A DNA stretch of 64,000 nt from Candidatus Choladocola sp. (lineage in GTDB: Bacteria > Bacillota > Clostridia > Lachnospirales > Lachnospiraceae), in contig JAXEBU010000061.1 of NCBI GenBank assembly GCA_034093895.1, positions 24,261 to 88,260 of the forward strand, read 5' to 3'. This document shows positions 18,422-24,537 of the stretch, piece after piece; the first letter of the stretch is position 1; the number at the start of each line of letters is the position of its first letter. The position numbers and the translations under genes are program-made. The notes under the pieces are model-generated. The model was given only the letters and a program-made list of their open reading frames with translations. It searched no databases and was not told the origin of the DNA.

Positions 18422-18985
18422 ATGAATAAAAAAACAAAGGCTCTTACCACAGAACAATACAAGGAAATTATTCAGACCATGAGAGAAGGATTTTGTGGTT
18501 GCCGTCCTAATGAGCGGATAGCTACCGCCCTTGTATTGGAAGGTAACCTAGGACTTAGAATATCTGATATTCTGAGCCTGCGGCTCTCAGATATTGTGAG
18601 GGATGGCGACAGATACAGATTAGAGATAACAGAACAGAAAACGAAAAAGAAACGAGTTTTTACAGTTCCCCTTGTTATTCAGCAGTATATTGAAAATTAT
18701 TGTTTGAGAAATGGAATTGAAAAAACTGAAAGGATTTTTAATCTGACTGAACGTGCAATCAGTAAGCAGCTTGCTCTTGTCTGTGATTACCTTGGATTTG
18801 AGGGAATCGGCACACACTCTTTCAGAAAGTGGTATGCAACGGAAATTTACAAAAATAATGGATATGATATTACTTTAGTCCAACGGCTACTGCAACATAG
18901 TTCTGCTGCCATTACACAGCGTTATATTGGAATAGAGCCACAGCGGATTGAAGAAGCCATTGAGGGACACGCACAGCTATTATAA
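18422..18985 (+). CDS. Tyrosine recombinase, catalytic domain only (187 aa)
   Basis: GLRISD (R), KTKK (K), HSFR (HxxR), LLQHSS (H), TQRY (Y). Confidence 0.92.
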   Translation: MNKKTKALTTEQYKEIIQTMREGFCGCRPNERIATALVLEGNLGLRISDILSLRLSDIVRDGDRYRLEITEQKTKKKRVFTVPLVIQQYIENYCLRNGIEKTERIFNLTERAISKQLALVCDYLGFEGIGTHSFRKWYATEIYKNNGYDITLVQRLLQHSSAAITQRYIGIEPQRIEEAIEGHAQLL

Positions 18986-18987
18986 AT

Positions 18988-19023
18988 AAAAGACGAGAAA
19001 CTGTATAATAGTTTCTCGTCTTT
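18988..19023. terminator. Bidirectional terminator between convergent genes
   Basis: AAAGACGAGAAACT...AGTTTCTCGTCTTT. Confidence 0.8.
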
Positions 19024-19032
19024 GTCTCGGAG

Positions 19033-20130
19033 TTATTTTTGTGTTGCAAATGGTTGTAATGTATAAGAAGGGTGTACCGGATGATTATAGTGTTCATTGC
19101 AATATTTATAAATATCCGAATTTATATATTCAAAACATATAACTAAATCCATTTTTATATGATAGTCATGATAGGATTGTATCTTCTTCACTGCACTTTT
19201 ATCAATGAATACCAAAGTTCCTTGCGCACGAGTACATTCTATTTTTGTGATATTTACATCGTGATATTGTTTATCCCAATAAAAATTATTTGAACCTCCT
19301 TGAAGGCTTGCAATTAATTTTGCATTGCGACTGCTCCTAATGTTATTTTCGTCTGTATACTCAATAATACCTTCAATCTGAGCTGCGAAATTTTCTACAG
19401 TAAGTAAATACCAATTAGGATCTTTACACTTAATATAGACAATTCCACCATTTTCCTCTCCAAATTCATCATAATTTTTTAGCGTTTCAATTGTAAAGTA
19501 CTTAGAAAAATTATTTGTATTTAACTCAACCGTTTTGAAATAACTAGATGGATCTTTTTTTGCTGGTGCAGAATTTTGTGTTCCTACTGTGATTTTGCAA
19601 GTCGCTTTCTTTCCACTTCCATCTTTTGCCTTCACTGTAATTGTGGCAGTTCCGTTTCCAACAGCTTTCACAACACCTTTTGAAGATACTGTTGCTACTT
19701 TTTTATTGCTTGAACTCCAAGTAACTGTTTTATTATTGGCACTACTTGGTGCTACTGCTGCCTTTAAAGTAAGAGAACTTCCCTTTTTAAGAGTCGCAGA
19801 TGTTTTATTCAGTTTTATACTTGTCACTGGCTGTTTTACAGTAACTTTGCAGGTAAGTTTGCTTTTTCCATATTTCGCAGTAATTACCGCAGTTCCCTTT
19901 TTCTTAGCTTTTACAACACCTTTTGAAGATACTGTTGCTACACTCTTTTTGCTGCTTGTCCAAGTGATTTTCCCCTTGGTTCCGCTTGCTTTTAAAGTGT
20001 AAGTTTTTCCAACATTAAGGGAAATACTCTTTTTGTTCAGCTTTGCGGCACTGGCTGAAACTGGCATAGCGATCACGCTTAACAGTAAACAGCACAATAG
20101 CATAACTGACAGTTTTTTGATTCTTTTCAT
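19033..20130 (-). CDS. Secreted protein with two Big_2 (Ig-like) domains and an unknown C-terminal domain
   Basis: Start MKRIKK at 20130 after AAGGAG; signal peptide ending VSASA; WTSSKKSVATVSSKGVVKA repeats. Confidence 0.85.
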   Translation of the reverse strand: MKRIKKLSVMLLCCLLLSVIAMPVSASAAKLNKKSISLNVGKTYTLKASGTKGKITWTSSKKSVATVSSKGVVKAKKKGTAVITAKYGKSKLTCKVTVKQPVTSIKLNKTSATLKKGSSLTLKAAVAPSSANNKTVTWSSSNKKVATVSSKGVVKAVGNGTATITVKAKDGSGKKATCKITVGTQNSAPAKKDPSSYFKTVELNTNNFSKYFTIETLKNYDEFGEENGGIVYIKCKDPNWYLLTVENFAAQIEGIIEYTDENNIRSSRNAKLIASLQGGSNNFYWDKQYHDVNITKIECTRAQGTLVFIDKSAVKKIQSYHDYHIKMDLVICFEYINSDIYKYCNEHYNHPVHPSYTLQPFATQK

Positions 20131-20283
20131 ACTCCTTTTCCTCCTTGGATTTTTTCTTTCATAGTACCATAAAGCGTATTTTTTTACAATCCGATTGTGT
20201 ATTATAATTAGATATCTATTCGTGATATATAAAACAGTCATTCTAAACTCTATAATCGAATACAGATTAAGGAGTGATATAAA

Positions 20284-20466
20284 ATGAAGAACGAACCTTT
20301 AGTAATAAAAAAGCGTGGCGAAGATGGCAGCAGGGTTATCACAGTCAGATTGAAAGAAGATATTTTGATTGCTTTAGATCAGCTTGCCGCAGATAGTAAT
20401 TATTCAAGAAATGAACTTATAAATATTATTTTGCGTCATGGTATTGAAAATATAACGATTAAGTAA
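20284..20466 (+). CDS. Ribbon-helix-helix (CopG-like) protein
   Basis: VITVRLKEDILIALDQLA...SRNELINIIL. Confidence 0.82.
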   Translation: MKNEPLVIKKRGEDGSRVITVRLKEDILIALDQLAADSNYSRNELINIILRHGIENITIK

Positions 20467-20523
20467 AGAGCGGAAAAATCTGCTCTTTTTTCTTTTCTGT
20501 TGGAATGATAGAATAAAAGAAAA

Positions 20524-21666
20524 ATGTTTGGGGTTATACTTATGAGAAGAGAATTTGACGAAGAAGATGAACCGAAAAAATCAACCAGAGGAAAGAAAAA
20601 TAATCAGAAAATGAAACCTTTCCTTGTATATCAATATCTTATGAGACATACAGACGAAAATCATGTTATCAGAGCAGATGATATTTGTCTTGCTATGGCT
20701 GAGACTTATGGTATAGACGCGGAACGGAGAGGGATTTACAGAGATATTGACGAAATCAATAAAGCGATTCTTGCTTTTGAAGAAGGCATTTCTATAAAAG
20801 AAGCTGCTGAGTGGATTGAAGATGATAAAAGTCTGAAAAATATTATTTTCGATAAGCACCAAAAGGGCTTCTGTATGCGGCAGCGGCACTATGATTATAC
20901 AGATATTCAGCTTTTGGTTGAAAGCATCTATGCGTCAAAATATCTGTCTGAACCGCAGGCAGAACGTTTGATAAAGATATTATGTGAGTTCGTCAGTGAG
21001 TTCCAAGAGAAGAAAATCCGTCATAATGCTATTTTGACAGATAGAGTAAAAACAAACAATTCTGGTGTTTTGAATAATATTGAAAAAATAGATGCTGCAA
21101 TGAGCATGGAAGATAAACACACTCCTGAAAAAATCAGCTTTAAATATTTGAAATATTCCATTAGCAATCTGAATCAGCAAGTGGAACGGCGGCATGGCAG
21201 CAGGTACGAAGTCAGCCCCTATGCACTTCTTATCAATGATGGTAATTATTACCTTTTGGCTTATAACGATTATGTAAAGGACTTGCGGACGTATCGTGTT
21301 GACAGAATGAAAGATGTAAAATTGCTTGGTGTTGAACGAGAAGGAAAAGAAGTTTTTAATAAAATTAACCTCAAAAATTATACACAGAGAGTTTTTTCTA
21401 TGTTCGGTGGAGAGCAGCAGGTAATTACAATACAGTGTATCAATCCTCTTTTGGATGCGGTTGTGGATAGGTTTGGAAAGAAAGGAATCCTCTATAATGT
21501 GGTAGATGATAAGCATTTTAGCATTACTGCGCCTGTTGAAATCAGCGACCAGTTTTATGGTTGGATTCTTGGCTTTGGAAATAAGATGAAGATTTTAAAG
21601 CCTCAGAAAGTAGTTGAGGGATTTACAGAGTACTTGAATAAGATTAGAAATATGTATGAAAGTTGA
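20524..21666 (+). CDS. WYL-domain transcriptional regulator (wHTH-WYL-WCX)
   Basis: N-terminal wHTH (YLMRHTDENH...ERRGIYRDI), VSPYALLINDGNYYL, RTYRVDRM, FYGWILGFG. Confidence 0.9.
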   Translation: MFGVILMRREFDEEDEPKKSTRGKKNNQKMKPFLVYQYLMRHTDENHVIRADDICLAMAETYGIDAERRGIYRDIDEINKAILAFEEGISIKEAAEWIEDDKSLKNIIFDKHQKGFCMRQRHYDYTDIQLLVESIYASKYLSEPQAERLIKILCEFVSEFQEKKIRHNAILTDRVKTNNSGVLNNIEKIDAAMSMEDKHTPEKISFKYLKYSISNLNQQVERRHGSRYEVSPYALLINDGNYYLLAYNDYVKDLRTYRVDRMKDVKLLGVEREGKEVFNKINLKNYTQRVFSMFGGEQQVITIQCINPLLDAVVDRFGKKGILYNVVDDKHFSITAPVEISDQFYGWILGFGNKMKILKPQKVVEGFTEYLNKIRNMYES

Positions 21667-21798
21667 TAAAAAGATGTTAAAAGTTAGTATGAAGTTGCTT
21701 GCTTGTCGCTTAAAACATGATTATTTATTGTTTGAATACACTTTGAATACACTGGACATGGCGATGTGCCAAAACCTCCTTTCTTAGCGGCGAAGCCG

Positions 21799-21832
21799 CA
21801 GGGTGTCCAGGGTTCGAGCCCCTGATCGCGCA
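21799..21832 (+). pseudogene. 3' half of a tRNA (probably tRNA-Lys), att-site remnant
   Basis: CAGG-GTGTC-CAGGG TTCGAGC CCCTG-ATCGCGC-A gives anticodon-stem 3' strand, variable loop, T-arm and acceptor 3' strand; no 5' half upstream. Confidence 0.75.
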
Positions 21833-21837
21833 CTGAA

Positions 21838-21884
21838 AAGCACTGTTTTTGATACCATTGGAGTGTCGGGGACGGTGTTTTTTT
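21838..21884 (+). terminator. Terminator downstream of the tRNA fragment
   Basis: AAGCACTGTTTTTGATAC...GTGTCGGGGACGGTGTTT followed by a T-run. Confidence 0.6.
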
Positions 21885-21966
21885 ACGTGTAAAAACGAGC
21901 CGTGCAAAAAGCAGAAAACAAAGTGAAAAGGACAGTGATCCTATGAATCTGGAATCAAATTTCATA

Positions 21967-22875
21967 TTATATGCCAGACTGATCTGCTTTTAATAAGGCA
22001 TCGGTTCCTTTCCGGAGAAAGGAAGCGAGCATCTGACGACTGTCGGTGATGTATTCCAGAGTTACGTATTTCGGTGAAATACGGTGAATCAGTTCCGGAA
22101 CAGACGGGGCGGTCAAAGGAAGATGCTGGTCAATTTTAAAAATGTGTTCAAAAGCGCGGCAAAAAAGCAGGTCCGGGTCATCGGGCGAAGCAGCCGGATT
22201 CTTCCGGTACTGTTCTACGTAGGGGCCGCTCAGCGATTTGTTCAGATGAAGTCCGCGTATCATGGGAATGAGGTCCGCGTGACGGTCAAGCATATGATTC
22301 AGATAATGAATGGCTTCCTGCTCTGTGCGCAGAGCAGGTTTTGTATTCATAAAATGGCCGGTGTCCAGCATCAGACCTTTTTTTTCGTAGCGTACTTCCT
22401 CTGTCAGGCAGCGTGTGACAGCCGGATCCAGAAAATTGAGCCCCGGCCACCAGAGATTTTCCATCAGAAACCAGAACTGGTAATTCTGCCCGTCTAGCAG
22501 TGTATTGATAAAATCAGCGGCAGCTTTTGCCACCTCCATGTCTGTATGGAGCAGACGGTAAGTCAGGCATTCTTCATAGGACACCTGTGTCACATGGAAT
22601 ACGACGTACTCTGCCTGAACTGCACGGGCGTATTCCAGGTCTTTTCTGTAATGATCCAGAAGAAGGTTCCTGTCAAGATACATCCAGTCTGAGAGGCAGC
22701 GTGCATGAACCCCGATGATTTTGTCCGAATGGATGGGAAATTCTGTGAAGCCTTCTATCGGCATCAGTTCCAGCCCATCACATCCGAAATGACGATAGAA
22801 CTGAAAAAGATCTGTCTCATCTGCATAACGGTTCGTGTCATCCGGTGATGTGGTAAAATTCATCATAACTTTCAC
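21967..22875 (-). CDS. Xylose-isomerase-like/AP-endonuclease-2 TIM barrel protein
   Basis: GLELMP, YVVFH, LMENLWWPG, LDTGH, LHL, DQH, TLE metal-binding pattern. Confidence 0.8.
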   Translation of the reverse strand: MKVMMNFTTSPDDTNRYADETDLFQFYRHFGCDGLELMPIEGFTEFPIHSDKIIGVHARCLSDWMYLDRNLLLDHYRKDLEYARAVQAEYVVFHVTQVSYEECLTYRLLHTDMEVAKAAADFINTLLDGQNYQFWFLMENLWWPGLNFLDPAVTRCLTEEVRYEKKGLMLDTGHFMNTKPALRTEQEAIHYLNHMLDRHADLIPMIRGLHLNKSLSGPYVEQYRKNPAASPDDPDLLFCRAFEHIFKIDQHLPLTAPSVPELIHRISPKYVTLEYITDSRQMLASFLRKGTDALLKADQSGI

Positions 22876-22888
22876 AGCTTTTTCTCCT

Positions 22889-23722
22889 TTATAAATATTC
22901 TGTCTGAAATCCGGATTCCTGACAGTACTGATCTACCCGGGATCCCCGATAACAGCGAATTGTAGCAGCACGGTTAATAATCCATTCTCCAATAAAATCA
23001 GGGTCGTGGCGTATTTCCAGATATTTCAGGCGGTTGCAGCCATGGAACACCCATTTTCGGATACACTGGACACTGGGCGGCAGTACAACGGAGATCAGAT
23101 TATTGCATTTAAAGAAGGCGCTTTCCTCCAGCACCTCCAGTGTGTCCGGCAGGTGGAGCGTGCTGATTCCACAGAAATAAAAAGCCTGAATTCCGATTTT
23201 TTGCAGCTTTTTCGGAAAATGAACTTGAGTTAATGATTTGCAGCGGTAAAAGGCTCTGTCACCGATTTCCCCAATGTTGTCCGGCAGTGCGAGGGAAGAA
23301 AGGGAGGAACAGCCGGAAAAGGCATTGGGGCGGATTGTGTGCAGCAAAGCGTTTTCCGCGAAGGTGACGGAACGAAGCCGCCGGTCATCGCGGAACGCTT
23401 CTTTCGGAATCTCGGACAATCGAGGCGGAATATTTATTTCAGACAGAGAAGTACAGTCAGAAAAGGCACCGGGGCCGATCCACTGCAGGTTCTCCGGAAG
23501 TGGGGCAGATTCCAGAGCAGCACAGCCCTGGAAAGTTCTTGCGCCGATTTTGATCAGTGAAGATGGAAAACAGACAGAACGGATTCCCGTCTGACGCTGA
23601 TACGCCTCGGAAGCAATCGTAGTGATTCCCTCCGGAAACTGCATATTGCACCGTCGGTATCGGAAGCTGTTCTGGCGGGTGATGATTTTATCGTTGGCGA
23701 AAGAAAAACCGGAAATTGCCAT
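22889..23722 (-). CDS. Leucine-rich repeat (LRR_5/BspA-type) protein without signal peptide
   Basis: Repeats of LxxIGxxAFxxCxSLxxIxLP; start ATG 23722 after AAGGAG. Confidence 0.88.
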   Translation of the reverse strand: MAISGFSFANDKIITRQNSFRYRRCNMQFPEGITTIASEAYQRQTGIRSVCFPSSLIKIGARTFQGCAALESAPLPENLQWIGPGAFSDCTSLSEINIPPRLSEIPKEAFRDDRRLRSVTFAENALLHTIRPNAFSGCSSLSSLALPDNIGEIGDRAFYRCKSLTQVHFPKKLQKIGIQAFYFCGISTLHLPDTLEVLEESAFFKCNNLISVVLPPSVQCIRKWVFHGCNRLKYLEIRHDPDFIGEWIINRAATIRCYRGSRVDQYCQESGFQTEYL

Positions 23723-23924
23723 AAAAAAACTCCTTTGCATATGTGGATGTTGCTCCCGCCTGCAAAAAGAGTGATTCTGAAGTAAGAGGTGAATTACCGT
23801 TTTGCTGTCTGTTATCACAGTGGATGAAATGTCATCCATGGCAGGAGAACAAAGGCGAGGCGGCTGAAAATGGGTATAGGAAACAGAACCACCTCTCCAT
23901 TTTCCCATTGCGTGTAGTAAATGG

Positions 23925-24165
23925 CAGCAGCTTTAAGCAGGTCTTCTGACTCACGCAGTAACGTCCTGTCTCCCTTCTCACAGATATTCAGACGAATGAA
24001 AAGATGATGGTTCTGAAAGCACCTTCCACTTATCTGGTTCCCTGCAATGGATATGAGACAGAACTGCACGTATACAGCAGCACGACTGTTCAGGATTCTC
24101 ACCTGATTCCCTCTTGGCTGGCGACCCGCCGCATCCGGCGTGGCCGACAGAACTTAAAACCGGTA
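23925..24165 (-). ncRNA. Cobalamin riboswitch (class I, canonical)
   Basis: Minus strand AAGAGGGAATCAGGTGAGAATCCTGAACAGTCGTGCTGCTGTA ... GAGAAGG ... GAGTCAGAAGACCTGC (B12 box). Confidence 0.92.
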
Positions 24166-24249
24166 ATTGTTTTGAATTTATTTAATTAAATATATTATAC
24201 CGTAAATTCCATAAATTGCAAATAAAAAAGGTGTGTGCCGCAAATTTTG

Positions 24250-24278
24250 TTGACAGAACAAAGGCGAACGTTTATATT
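24250..24278 (+). promoter_or_regulatory. sigma-A promoter
   Basis: TTGACA-17 bp-TATATT. Confidence 0.8.
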
Positions 24279-24307
24279 GAGGGTATAGTAAAACAGAACA
24301 GAATAAA

Positions 24308-24484
24308 GGCTGGAGACTGTCTGCAAATGGGTGAGATTCCCATACAAAGAAATGCGTTGCCGTATAGTCGGCGTGGGGCTGCTTTCAGAATAAGGTAGAA
24401 GATCATTCGCATATAAAGCATCTATCAGGTAACAGAGAATTCCTTTTTCAAAACACGGAAAAGGTGATTTCTGTTACCTTTTTT
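24308..24484 (+). ncRNA. Riboswitch-like leader, cobalamin-class-II-like variant, copy 1, with terminator
   Basis: Conserved with 36014-36182; T-loop hairpin, kissing loops ATGCG/CGCAT, terminator AGGTAACAGA...TCTGTTACCTTTTTT. Confidence 0.75.
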
Positions 24485-24537
24485 ATTTGTATTGATTCCG
24501 AACAGTTACCCTTGTTTTATGAAAAAAGGAGAAAGAT

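Larger units (their letters stand above)
13826..21832. mobile_element. Remnant of an AT-rich integrative element (IME/satellite-like), left end truncated at the IS110
   Basis: Visibly low GC, tyrosine recombinase, HTH/RHH/WYL regulators, hypothetical genes, right boundary at a tRNA 3' fragment. Confidence 0.7.

Noticed and set aside
21781-21832. Complete tRNA gene
   Set aside because: No D-arm, anticodon loop or 5' acceptor strand upstream
24308-24400. FMN riboswitch call for the duplicated leader
   Set aside because: Shares only the generic T-loop and UAUAGU modules; lacks the second symmetric half and the GGGAGAAG end, and has a Cbl-type kissing loop
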